From: a candidate division FCPU426 bacterium
GTDB lineage: Bacteria; Oederibacteriota; Muellerivitia; Muellerivitales; Muellerivitaceae
Length of the DNA: 64,000 bases
NCBI GenBank assembly: GCA_963796105.1
Contig: CAWCKJ010000004.1
Coordinates: forward strand, 32,001 to 96,000
Reading direction: 5' to 3'
The notes under the pieces were generated by a model that did not search any database, was not told the origin of the DNA, and saw only the letters and a program-made list of their open reading frames with translations. Position numbers and translations under genes: made by a program. The first letter of the stretch is position 1. Every line of letters starts with the position of its first letter. This document shows positions 8,640 through 17,832 of this stretch, piece by piece.

Positions 8640-9638
8640 TCAAAGCGCCTCCAAGAACGCGAGTAACTTGTCGTCAGGACGATACCGCCCCGGTTTACAG
8701 GCGATGGCGGCTACACTAGACAAGGCTTTTTCTTTGAGTCGGAGATCCGCATGCATGTAGACCTGAGTGGTTTCAACGGATTCATGCCCAAGCCAGAGAG
8801 CGATTACCGATTGGTCAACCCCGTGTTGCAACAGTTCCATGGCTGTGCTGTGCCGCAGGACGTGAGGACTGACCCGCTTGCCGACAAGCGAGCTACAGTA
8901 CGCTGACGCTGATAGCGTGTGTTTTTGGACGATGTACTCAAATGCGTCACGACTCATCCGCTCTCCACGTATAGTCGGGAAAAGAGGACTGTTTTCAGCG
9001 CCTTGATGTTCTTTCAACCATGCTTCGAGTAGCTTTGCGGTTTCCTTTCGAAGTGGGGTGCACCGTTGTTTACGCCCTTTGCCTTCACACCGAATGTGAG
9101 CACCCTCGCCAAGCACGACATCTTGGGGACGAAGATTGATCAATTCGGATGAGCGAAGCCCCGTTTGTAATACAACCAGCAGGATCAACAGGTCACGACG
9201 GCCAACCCAGGTTTTCCGATCAGGTGCTTTGAGAAGCGCTTCAATCTCCGGCCGATCCAGAAAATCCACGGTTCGCCGGACATATCTTTTGCTCGGCATG
9301 GCCAGGATTTTTTGACAATGGAGCATATAGGCCGGCTCGCTCATTGCCACATAACGGAAGAAGGAGCGAATAGCTGTCAAACGAACATTCCTGCTACGCG
9401 CCGTATTCTTCCGGGCCGTTTCGACGTGATGGAGAAAATCACCCACCAGCCCCACATCCAAGTCTTCAATCCGAAGTTTCGTTGGGTCCTTGCCACGCTT
9501 TTCACTGGCGAAGCGCAGGAACAAGCGGAAGGTGTCGCGGTATCCGGCAATCGTATTTGGGCTCGCCTCCATCTGGTTGCGCAGACGGTCGGTAAAAAAG
9601 TGTTGGAGCATTGCCGGGAAGGTTGATGGGTTCATCAT
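8640..9638 (-). CDS. Tyrosine recombinase (RitC-type)
   Basis: TGLRSSEL, GKGRKQR, HVLRHS, LGHES..TT..Y motifs. Confidence 0.93.
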   Translation of the reverse strand: MMNPSTFPAMLQHFFTDRLRNQMEASPNTIAGYRDTFRLFLRFASEKRGKDPTKLRIEDLDVGLVGDFLHHVETARKNTARSRNVRLTAIRSFFRYVAMSEPAYMLHCQKILAMPSKRYVRRTVDFLDRPEIEALLKAPDRKTWVGRRDLLILLVVLQTGLRSSELINLRPQDVVLGEGAHIRCEGKGRKQRCTPLRKETAKLLEAWLKEHQGAENSPLFPTIRGERMSRDAFEYIVQKHTLSASAYCSSLVGKRVSPHVLRHSTAMELLQHGVDQSVIALWLGHESVETTQVYMHADLRLKEKALSSVAAIACKPGRYRPDDKLLAFLEAL

Positions 9639-10579
9639 CGCACCTCCACAGCCGAGTTACCGGTTACCCGCCGGGAGGCAAGTTCCAGCAATTCGGGAAC
9701 GGCCTCGATATACCAGTAGGTGTGCTCCGGACCGGAGTGACCCAGATATGTCGTCAGTTTGATCATTTCCCGGGTGACATCCTTGCCCGTGCGATACCAA
9801 CCCACCATCGTGCGTGCGGCGAAGGTGTGCCGGAGATCGTGGAGGCGCGGGCCTCGTCCATGTTTGCAGAACCGTTGGGGAGTCCGTAACCCAATTCGCT
9901 GGCAAACAACCGCGAAGTTGTAGCGCGCGCTGCAATCGTCCGGACGGTTTCCTTCCTCCGTGGCAAAGAAGGATTGCGGAACGAAGCCCACAAGCTGGTC
10001 GCGTTGGATAACGTAGGCCTTCAGGTGTTTGGAAACGTCCTTGGTGATGGGTACCGAGCGCGTTTTCCCACCCTTAGCACGCTGGATGGTCAAGACACCG
10101 CTGTCCAAATCAACATCATCGTTGTCCAGTCCAAGCGCTTCACTAACCCTGAGACCAGTTATTGCGATCAACCCAAAGAGGGTTGAAAAGGTCAACGCCC
10201 GTATGCCGCTCATGGAGGGCAGGCTGGACGCGGTTTCGACAATCCTTTTGATCTCTTCGTCGCTGTAGATGTGGGGCTTTGGACGGCGAAATCGATATGG
10301 AATAAGCCCCTTTGGTGGTACTTCATGCGCTGGATCAAGGCCATGAAGCCATTGCGCAAAAAGCCGGATCATTGTTAGGCGGGCGGCCCAAGTCGGACGG
10401 TGGGCCTTGCCAAAATCCTTTTGCCACTTCAGGAACAACTCGGTGGATATATGGTTAGCGCCTTGTTGTTCGGCGAAGGCAATAAACCTGCGAAGCACCC
10501 TGGCTGTCGTAGTGAGGTCAAAGCCCAGGCCGCGACGGATCATCAAATAACGGTCGAGTTCTTGGGATAGGTTGCTCAT
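9635..10579 (-). CDS. Tyrosine recombinase (RitB-type)
   Basis: TGLRVSEAL, HDLRHTFA, LGHS..HTYWY; 4-bp overlaps with neighbours. Confidence 0.93.
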   Translation of the reverse strand: MSNLSQELDRYLMIRRGLGFDLTTTARVLRRFIAFAEQQGANHISTELFLKWQKDFGKAHRPTWAARLTMIRLFAQWLHGLDPAHEVPPKGLIPYRFRRPKPHIYSDEEIKRIVETASSLPSMSGIRALTFSTLFGLIAITGLRVSEALGLDNDDVDLDSGVLTIQRAKGGKTRSVPITKDVSKHLKAYVIQRDQLVGFVPQSFFATEEGNRPDDCSARYNFAVVCQRIGLRTPQRFCKHGRGPRLHDLRHTFAARTMVGWYRTGKDVTREMIKLTTYLGHSGPEHTYWYIEAVPELLELASRRVTGNSAVEVR

Positions 10580-11826
10580 TTCGCACCTACCTCAACCGGC
10601 CATGGCTGGGCGACCGAGCGCAAACCTTCAATATCGACCTTGGCGTAGATCATCGTTGTTTGCCTGGATCGGTGGCGGAGCACATCGCCCACTTCGGGAA
10701 GTGATGATCCATGCTTCATCAGTTTCATGGCCAGGCTATGCCTCAAAATGTTGGCGCCTACATATCGGACAGGAGGCCTCAAGCCGGTCTTGATAAAGGC
10801 TTCTTTCAAGACCGAGTTGAGGATTTCCGCACCTTGGAAAGGTAGTCGCGGGGCGCGCTCAGTGACGAACAATACCCTGGATGTCGTCTTGCGGTCGCGT
10901 CGGATATAGTCGGCAAGGACTTCACCAACGTCCTGAGGAAGAGGCATCCGGTCATGCAACTGTCCCTTGCCCCGAATGAGAATTTCGCCCTTGCGCCAGT
11001 CGATATCGTCGATTTGAACCGTGATGACCTCGGTGGGCCGCAGTCCAAGCCTGGCCATAAGAAGTATCATGGCGTAATTGCGTCGTCCGACAGGCGTATC
11101 TTTCCTGACGGCAGCAATGAGAGTTTCCACCTGTTCAGACGTTAGATGTCGTGGAAGGGATTGTTGGTGGGGTTGGGCGATCCGGGGGACACTGGGCGCC
11201 AGATTGGTTGCCGTTTTACCGCTTTTGAAAAGAAACAGCAGAAAATTCCTCAGATGTGTTGCCTGTGTCTTGTCCCGGAAAAGCTTTCGACGCGATAGCT
11301 GGAATTGAATGTACTTGATGATACCTTCTGGCGTAATTCCAGAAAGGTTATCCTTCCCGTCGGAGAAAAGGAATTTGAGAAATTGATTGGCGACATACCA
11401 GCAACGAAGGATTGATTTCTCGGTGAGCCCTCGCTGACGGCGGAGATACTCCTCGTAATCCATCCTCAAACGAAGGCGTGGAGCATCAGGGATCTTCGGG
11501 GCCAAGACAGGTTTTACCAAACCTAACCCCGCCAGGAATTTCATGAAATTCCTGGCCATGAAGTCGGCCTTTTTTTTCCAGGGTTCTGATGAATCAGAAC
11601 CCTGGAGAAGCTTTATGGCCTCATCCTCGTCAAGATTTTTTAGTTTGACTCCGGCTTCCTTCACGGCCCGATCAAGAACGGCGATACAAACTACGTATTG
11701 ATAAATTCTCGCCTGGCTGTATCCCTGGTTTTCCAGAAAGTTCTGGAACCGTCCCAGGTGCTTGCTAAACGGGCCATTGACCGTTTTGACCTTGGTACAA
11801 ACCCGCCCTGCTATAGATGATTTCAT
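10576..11826 (-). CDS. Tyrosine recombinase (RitA-type)
   Basis: LGLRPTEV, ILRHSLA, LRHRS..TT.IYAK; GGAG RBS before ATG at 11826. Confidence 0.92.
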   Translation of the reverse strand: MKSSIAGRVCTKVKTVNGPFSKHLGRFQNFLENQGYSQARIYQYVVCIAVLDRAVKEAGVKLKNLDEDEAIKLLQGSDSSEPWKKKADFMARNFMKFLAGLGLVKPVLAPKIPDAPRLRLRMDYEEYLRRQRGLTEKSILRCWYVANQFLKFLFSDGKDNLSGITPEGIIKYIQFQLSRRKLFRDKTQATHLRNFLLFLFKSGKTATNLAPSVPRIAQPHQQSLPRHLTSEQVETLIAAVRKDTPVGRRNYAMILLMARLGLRPTEVITVQIDDIDWRKGEILIRGKGQLHDRMPLPQDVGEVLADYIRRDRKTTSRVLFVTERAPRLPFQGAEILNSVLKEAFIKTGLRPPVRYVGANILRHSLAMKLMKHGSSLPEVGDVLRHRSRQTTMIYAKVDIEGLRSVAQPWPVEVGAK

Positions 11827-12657
11827 CTCGTTGCTCCTTTTGACTGAATTTCCGACTAAGGAGCAAAAATAGCACAGACAAATCCGCCATCTGGTGTAAG
11901 TCAACCTAACTTCGATGGCCATTTCTACACCTCAAGCAGAGACCAATTCGCGGGTTTTATGCCGAATGAAATTTTCATTTTCTGATGAAAAACGGGCTGA
12001 CTGGAATCGGTTCGGCATAATCCGGGATTCGGCATTTTGCGTCAACTCGTGGAAAAGAGTTCCGTAATAGCCTTCCGTTGTTTTGAAAGCTTCCTTGAAG
12101 GGGAGGGTGATTCGGTCGGTCGCCGGGCTGTAAAAAGCTTTGTCCTTAACCTGGTCGAAAAGTATGGCGGCTCCCGAGTTCTTTATGATTTGGTCGGCTT
12201 CATCGACGTTCTTAACCTGGTTCCCGGTGAATTTCTCCTTCAAGTGGTCAAGTCCCTCGATCTGGTCAAGGTTGAAAACGTAGTGAAGGCGGATAAAGGG
12301 AAATGTTTTGGATAATTTTTTTCCCTGCTCGTCCCTTTCCTCCGTTGTCTTGCTCTTGATCTCAAAATAAATAATCTCGGTTCCCTTTTCCCCTTTCTTT
12401 ACGGTCCCGCCTAATGTCTTGGCTTGAAGAAAAGTCATCCATGCGGGGGAAGAGTAGTTTTCCTGTTGGCGCTTGTATCCCAAAAGAATCAAGTTCATCC
12501 CCTGGTAAATGTGGGAGGAAGAACCATTGACGGAAGGAACGAAAAACCAAGGCTTGTCCCATGGCATGACGCCCTTTTCCATGTCGGCGGTAATTTTTTC
12601 GGCTACTTCTTCGACTAAGTTTGAAAGCTTTTCTTTTGTTTCCATTGGTTTCCCCTT

Positions 12658-12783
12658 TCAGTTAATAATTTCGTTCTGGATCATTTCCAAGGCCCGGTCA
12701 ATTTCAGATTCGGGAACGGGGTGTTGCTTTACTTCCTCAAGGATTTCTTTTGTCTCTTTGAACTTCTTCATAAATTCGTTCAT
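12658..12783 (-). CDS. 41-aa acidic helical peptide upstream of ardC
   Basis: MNEFMKKFKETKEILEEVKQHPVPESEIDRALEMIQNEIIN with AAGGAG RBS; below the ORF-track cutoff. Confidence 0.55.
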   Translation of the reverse strand: MNEFMKKFKETKEILEEVKQHPVPESEIDRALEMIQNEIIN

Positions 12784-13401
12784 CTAAGGCTCCTTTTTTT
12801 GATCTGCTCTTCGGGAACAGCCCTCCGGGGGCCGCCCTTCACAAATAGGCCGAGGAACGAGGCCGGTGAGGGCGGACACCGAGGGCAAAGGGGTTTATGG
12901 ACAAACGGAGGGCGCAAGCCCGGAGTGCCGGCCAGCAGGTCTTTCTCGTGAAGGAAAAGTTTGCGCGGTAGGGCTAGGCGAAGCCGACGCCCGTCAGCGA
13001 AACCGGAAGACGAGAAGGGCAATCTTGGCCCGACGGCCAGGAGGGCCGCCCTGGGAGGATGGAGGCGGCGTTAGCCGCTTTGACTCACGGGAAAGTTCCC
13101 TGGATCGGTCATCGTTGGGGTTGCCAGGGGGTTCTCCCCTTGGCTAGGGATGGGAAATGGGAAGGGGCTTTTCATCCCTTCCCCTGGGGGGTCCGGGGGA
13201 CGGCTCGAACGAGCCCGCCGCCCGGGCTAGGTGGGGCCAGGGGAGGGTTGTTCCTCCCTGCTTTAAAAGAAATACGAGTCCCGACATTCTGGAAGCCCAC
13301 ACGTCCCCGATAGGGGCGGCGGGGCTTCCTCCCCCGCGGCCAAAGGTCGCGGTCGGGACGAGATAAAGGGGACCGGGGGCAAAGCCCCCGGTTGCGAGGC
13401 T

Positions 13402-13626
13402 CTATCCCGCCTTATTTACGAATTGAATATCCTCTTCAAAAATTTCTTCACAGTAGGGGCAAAATCCGGTGTCCGGGTCGAGTGAAAAAGTTTTTTTACC
13501 ACATGAAAGGCATTCCCCATTACAGGCGGGGCAATCCCTCCCCTCCTTTTCGGGGTCCCAACCGTGGCCACACTTCCACGGGGAAAAAGGGTAATGAAGA
13601 TGTGGTTTCACTTTGATCTGGTTCAT
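13402..13626 (-). CDS. Small Cys-rich zinc-binding protein
   Basis: CPAC, CLSC, CPYC motifs; ATGA overlap with radC stop. Confidence 0.65.
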   Translation of the reverse strand: MNQIKVKPHLHYPFSPWKCGHGWDPEKEGRDCPACNGECLSCGKKTFSLDPDTGFCPYCEEIFEEDIQFVNKAG

Positions 13627-14114
13627 GCAAGTAACCCGGCGTGGCGGAATGAAAAATGGCTCTCGTGAGTAACAATGATGTGGTCGTGAACGGTGATTCC
13701 CATGGCCCGGCAAGCGGTGACAATCTGGCGGGTTAATTGGCGGTCGCCTTCGGAGGCTTCAAGGCTTCCCCCTGGGTGGTTGTGACTTAGCAAAATTCCG
13801 GAGGCGTCAAGCTCCAAAGCCTTCTTGATTATTTCCCTCGGGTAAACGGCGGTATGGTCAACCGTTCCTTCGCCTCCGCAAACAACATCAAGAAGATGAT
13901 TCCGATGGTCAACGTACATCGTTAGAAAACATTCCCTCTTTTTCCCTCCAATGTATTTGCGGAAATATTCGGCGGCGTCCCCTGGGCCACTTAGGGCGGG
14001 TCCCCTTTTGTAGTCGGCTCGTGCTTCTGCCCAAGAAACCACCGGAATGGTCGGCGGGGGTAACACCATCAAATCAAATTTCAACTGCTCCTGCTTTCTT
14101 GTGTTTGTTCTCAT
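13623..14114 (-). CDS. radC: RadC-like JAB domain protein
   Basis: GTVDHTAVYPREI, HNHPGG...S..D, VHDHIIV motifs. Confidence 0.92.
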   Translation of the reverse strand: MRTNTRKQEQLKFDLMVLPPPTIPVVSWAEARADYKRGPALSGPGDAAEYFRKYIGGKKRECFLTMYVDHRNHLLDVVCGGEGTVDHTAVYPREIIKKALELDASGILLSHNHPGGSLEASEGDRQLTRQIVTACRAMGITVHDHIIVTHESHFSFRHAGLLA

Positions 14115-14496
14115 ATGCCCTGCTCCTTGATTTATTAGAGGAGAGAGCACCCTCCGGGTGCGCCCCCTCACAAAATCCTTGGGGGCGCAAACGGAGCGAA
14201 AAGAGGTGTTGGCTATGGAAAACCGATGCCGGGGGAAAGTGCGTCGTTTGTTTAAGCATTATTGGGGGAAAAGACAAAACATCCGTGAGGCCGGAATCGC
14301 GAGGAACGAAGCCCGGCCGTTTTGGCTTTTAGGCGCCGACCGACCCCAACGGCGTAGCCGCCCCCGGATCGGTTTTCTTCCATATTGACTTAAGTTGTGG
14401 GAGTTACGGGGGGATCTTCCAACCGGGCTAGGGATGGGATATGGGAAGGGTCAAGTCGATCATTTAAAAAAACTACGAAAATAATTGTCTAAAAAA

Positions 14497-14781
14497 TCAC
14501 CAATAAATCTCTCGATTAAGATTTGCCGCAACAAATTGTAAATTAATGTTTTGGAAAAACGGATGGAAATTGGGTGGCGCTAAAAAACCCATTCTTCCTC
14601 CCCCATTATCCCACACGGGAACAACTGTACCTTTCAGGCCAGCCCCATTGGCTTTTAATTGAAATAAATTCTTTTGGGCATTTTGAGATTGTTGACCTTG
14701 AGCGCCAAAGGAACTTTCAAGTGGAATAATAATAAGATCAACACCTTGTTCATTTATATGAGCTACTTTATATCTGGGCAT
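14497..14781 (-). CDS. Hypothetical protein co-transcribed with LexA-like gene
   Basis: 94 aa, AAGGAGAG RBS, low GC. Confidence 0.75.
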   Translation of the reverse strand: MPRYKVAHINEQGVDLIIIPLESSFGAQGQQSQNAQKNLFQLKANGAGLKGTVVPVWDNGGGRMGFLAPPNFHPFFQNINLQFVAANLNREIYW

Positions 14782-14813
14782 TATTTTCTCTCCTTATCTC
14801 TAAATATAATCTT

Positions 14814-15413
14814 TCAACTTATTACACCCCTAATCTCACCTTCAACTTTGAAATCGTCGGATGCTAAAAAAGGTTGATAGCTTTGGTTTAATGAAGCAAG
14901 TATTGGTTTCTTATCTTTTATTAGAACTTTTTTTATCATCGTCTCTCCATTATTAACACAAACCATAATGCATCCATTTTTCGGGGTATTAGTTTTTTTA
15001 ACAATCAATAGGTCACCATCACTGATTTTTGGAACCATTGAATCGCCTTTTGCTTTTACCATAAATGCATCTTTGGATGGAAAGGTTAGGAGTCTTGTTG
15101 TAATTGGAATTCTTTCTATAGGATTTCCATCAAGTATGGAACCGTTCGGACCGCATCGAGCCAAACCATACAAATTGAGAAGGGTTACTTGCTTTTCAGG
15201 AGCATCTTTTTTTAAAACCTGATAATCCCGAGGGTTGGAGGGATTTCTTTTCAAGTAACCTTTGATTTCCAATTGTTTAATGTGGTGGGCAACTACACTC
15301 TTCGACGACAAATCCAGCCTGTTTTTCATCTCTTGTATTGACAAGGGATCGTCAATTGTTTCGGCGAGCAAACCTAGAAGCTTTTCTTGGACATGATGAA
15401 GTTTCTTTTGCAT
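14814..15413 (-). CDS. LexA-like repressor (winged HTH + S24 peptidase)
   Basis: LSSKSVVAHHIKQLEIKGYL HTH, Cys-Gly cleavage site, KGDSM Ser and IKK Lys catalytic motifs. Confidence 0.88.
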   Translation of the reverse strand: MQKKLHHVQEKLLGLLAETIDDPLSIQEMKNRLDLSSKSVVAHHIKQLEIKGYLKRNPSNPRDYQVLKKDAPEKQVTLLNLYGLARCGPNGSILDGNPIERIPITTRLLTFPSKDAFMVKAKGDSMVPKISDGDLLIVKKTNTPKNGCIMVCVNNGETMIKKVLIKDKKPILASLNQSYQPFLASDDFKVEGEIRGVIS

Positions 15414-15453
15414 TTGTGGGTAATTTTACCAAAAAACCGACAAAAAGAACACC

Positions 15454-15482
15454 TTGACTCGTTCTAGTTTTCGTTCTAATAT
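15454..15482 (+). promoter_or_regulatory. Candidate sigma70 promoter overlapped by TCGTTCTA direct repeats (putative operator)
   Basis: TTGACT-N17-TAATAT; TCGTTCTA at 15459-15466 and 15471-15478, AGAAC at 15446-15450. Confidence 0.5.
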
Positions 15483-15520
15483 TGATTTGCTGTTAATTGT
15501 CGGATTGCGAGGTGATGAAA

Positions 15521-15691
15521 ATGTCGAAAGTATTACCGTATCATACAAATACAGAAGAATACCCGCCTTCACACAGAAATGTGTACCACGACCACGATGA
15601 TTGTAAATATGGGAAAGACATAAAACCATGGCATAAACTGCAAGGGACTGGTAATAAACCACGTTGCAAGGAATGCGAAAGACTTGGTTAA
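15521..15691 (+). CDS. Small His/Cys-rich putative metal-binding protein
   Basis: GAGGTG RBS; VYHDHDDC...CKEC; followed by a terminator. Confidence 0.72.
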   Translation: MSKVLPYHTNTEEYPPSHRNVYHDHDDCKYGKDIKPWHKLQGTGNKPRCKECERLG

Positions 15692-15717
15692 ATTAGAAAT
15701 CCCATTTGATGGTTTTT

Positions 15718-15753
15718 AAAATGCCGGGGTTATAATTTCCCCGGCATTTTTTT
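15718..15753 (+). terminator. Rho-independent terminator
   Basis: AAATGCCGGGG...CCCCGGCATTT hairpin plus T-run. Confidence 0.8.
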
Positions 15754-15758
15754 AGCCA

Positions 15759-17402
15759 CCTGAATTTTGCGCCTAATAAAAAAACCATCTAGGAAACCAT
15801 TATAGGATAAGGGTTGCGAAGCCAACTCATCCTAAAAGAGGGTCCCCCAGATGGTGAAACGTCAAGATACGCCTCAGAAATCAAACCCGCAAGTCCAGAA
15901 AAAAGCCAATCGAAACGGGAGAATCGCGCCCAAGATTACGGCCAATACTCCCGTAGGTATTTGCGAAGACCGCCTAACAGCTTTTGGCGGATTGTTGGCA
16001 TTGGCGAAGATGTTCGACCTTCTTGATTTTGAGCGGGAATTCAAAAAACACTATGCCGCACCTAAACGCCTTCCGAATTTGGGCCACTACCGGATGGTAA
16101 GCGGCATCCTAATGCTTCTTTTCATCGGGTTCCAAAGACTTGGCCATTTTGCCTACCTGCGGGGTGAGGTCATGCTGTGCGGTTTACTGCGGGTTCCCTT
16201 GTTGCCGGTAGTGACAACTTTTTGGAGATACCTGAGGTCGCTGGGGATCGGGCAGTCGGCATCGTTGCTGAATCTGAGTGGGGCGTTACGGGCCAAGGTT
16301 TGGGGACAGGTGAAATATGCCCCCAAGAAGGTGGAGATCAACATCGATACCACCACCGCAACGGTCTACGGAAATATCGAGGGAAGCCGAAAAGGATACA
16401 ACCCCAAGCACCGGGGCAAGAAGGGACTGAGGCCCATTCTGTGTTTTCTCCAGGAAACCCGGGAATATTTGTGCGGAACCCAAAGACGCGGAACCACCCT
16501 TAGTTCTGAGGAAGTGGCCCGCCAAATTAGACAATTCCGGCGACTCTTGCCGTCCTGTGTCCGGACGATTCTGGTGCGCGGTGACGGTGAAATGATCGGC
16601 TGGGAAAGCGTGAAAGCCTGTGAAAAAGAAGGGTTTTCTTTCATCTTCGGGAACAAGCGGCATGACCCGCCTTTCACGAAAAAGGGTTGGTACCGCCATG
16701 GAGAACACGAATACAACGAATGTGTCCATCAACCCATAGGCTGGCAACAACCAGTCCGGTTTGTGGCGATGAGGACGCTGGATGAAAAAGCGCGGGAGAA
16801 ACAATTGAGCCTTCCTGAAATGGAAGGATATGTCTACCGAATCTTCGCGACCAACTGTCTGGGAGCACCCCATCGGGTGGTTGAGGAATACGACCTGCGC
16901 GCGGATGTGGAAAACCTGATTGGTGAGGCGCAACGGGAGGGGTTATTAGCAATTCCCTCTAAGAGTTTCCAAAGCCACCATGCTTTTTTCCAGATCGTGA
17001 TGCTGGCTTACAACCTCTGGAGGTGGATGAAACTAATGGTGGGCCATTGTGGAAAAGAAAAGCGACCGGGAAAGAAGCCACAGGAGAAGGAACAGATCAC
17101 CATGCCGGACCATACCCTTCGGATCGCACGTTTGAAGATGCTCTTTGTAGCCGCCCGAATCCAGTATCACGGCCATCGGGATGTGGTGAGGTATTCAATC
17201 CATGATGATAGGACAGCGGGCCTATTGGGTTTCCTCAAATACCTTGATCGAAAACGATTGGAAAGACCCAGGGCGGCCTAGAAGTGGCTTGGTGCAAAAA
17301 ATTCTTTGCACATAAGTTCACTTCTGATGAAAATGGCCACTGTCGGGTCCCGATTCAGGCCGATCTGGCCACGGAATCGGTAAACTCGGTGCAAAATTCA
17401 GG
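15759..17402 (+). mobile_element. IS1380-family insertion sequence
   Basis: Terminal IRs CCTGAATTTTGCGCC / GGTGCAAAATTCAGG; 5-bp target duplication AGCCA (15754-15758, 17403-17407). Confidence 0.92.
15851..17281 (+). CDS. IS1380-family DDE transposase
   Basis: LTAFGGL, INIDTT..VYG..EG..GYN, VRGD, Y..R..VENLI.E motifs. Confidence 0.92.
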   Translation: MVKRQDTPQKSNPQVQKKANRNGRIAPKITANTPVGICEDRLTAFGGLLALAKMFDLLDFEREFKKHYAAPKRLPNLGHYRMVSGILMLLFIGFQRLGHFAYLRGEVMLCGLLRVPLLPVVTTFWRYLRSLGIGQSASLLNLSGALRAKVWGQVKYAPKKVEINIDTTTATVYGNIEGSRKGYNPKHRGKKGLRPILCFLQETREYLCGTQRRGTTLSSEEVARQIRQFRRLLPSCVRTILVRGDGEMIGWESVKACEKEGFSFIFGNKRHDPPFTKKGWYRHGEHEYNECVHQPIGWQQPVRFVAMRTLDEKAREKQLSLPEMEGYVYRIFATNCLGAPHRVVEEYDLRADVENLIGEAQREGLLAIPSKSFQSHHAFFQIVMLAYNLWRWMKLMVGHCGKEKRPGKKPQEKEQITMPDHTLRIARLKMLFVAARIQYHGHRDVVRYSIHDDRTAGLLGFLKYLDRKRLERPRAA

Positions 17403-17521
17403 AGCCAAATAGAAAATCATGGAGTAAAGGAAAAGGTACGCCGAGGATCACCGCAGGTAGCCAAAGCCAGGGGGAAGACAAGTTCTCACGGAGTATGTTT
17501 CCCCTGATGTAAAAAACTCCG

Positions 17522-17827
17522 TTACTCCAATAATACTATTCGATCTTCTTTCATCTGTTCTACAAACCTTGGTTTGTCCGTGATCTGATCTTTGAATAAA
17601 CAAACAACTTCAATTTTGGCTTTTTTGGCAATTTCGGAAATTAAATTCTCGGCGACTTGGACAGACATCTCTTTTTTAGTCACGCCAAAAGATGACGCCA
17701 AGGGAGCATTTAAATGGGAAGAAAGAGAATCAGGGGCTTCGGAAATGTCTATAATTTTCCCAACAAAGAAATGAGGATCTTTTTCGATCTCTTTAAGAAG
17801 GTTTTCATCAAGTTTCAGATTTGCCAT
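17522..17827 (-). CDS. Hypothetical protein downstream of argB
   Basis: 101 aa, starts 5 bp after argB stop, same low GC. Confidence 0.7.
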   Translation of the reverse strand: MANLKLDENLLKEIEKDPHFFVGKIIDISEAPDSLSSHLNAPLASSFGVTKKEMSVQVAENLISEIAKKAKIEVVCLFKDQITDKPRFVEQMKEDRIVLLE

Positions 17828-17832
17828 TTGAA

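Larger units (their letters stand above)
8531..12043 (-). mobile_element. RIT element (recombinases in trio)
   Basis: Three overlapping tyrosine recombinases; perfect 33-bp inverted repeats at 8551-8583 and 12011-12043; 20-bp palindrome TTATGCCGATATCGGCATAA at 8531-8550. Confidence 0.93.
8245..12645 (-). pseudogene. ardC: ArdC-family antirestriction protein (DUF1738 + zincin-like domain) split by RIT element
   Basis: 5' part 12645-12044 (PWDKPW, YQGMN, WMTFLQAK..GG.VKKGEKG, VFNLDQ, TLFHEL) and 3' part 8530-8245 (THWTG..RL.R..YAAEELVAE..HASYIANW) rejoin at the HExxH motif. Confidence 0.9.

Noticed and set aside
8640..11826. RIT recombinases as the cassette-array integrase
   Set aside because: They belong to a self-contained element with its own TTATGCCG-type ends inserted into ardC; no similarity to the array site. 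Not formally excluded.
17341..17355. TGTCGGGTCCCGA as a sixth cassette site
   Set aside because: Only the core matches, the arms do not, and it lies inside IS1380.
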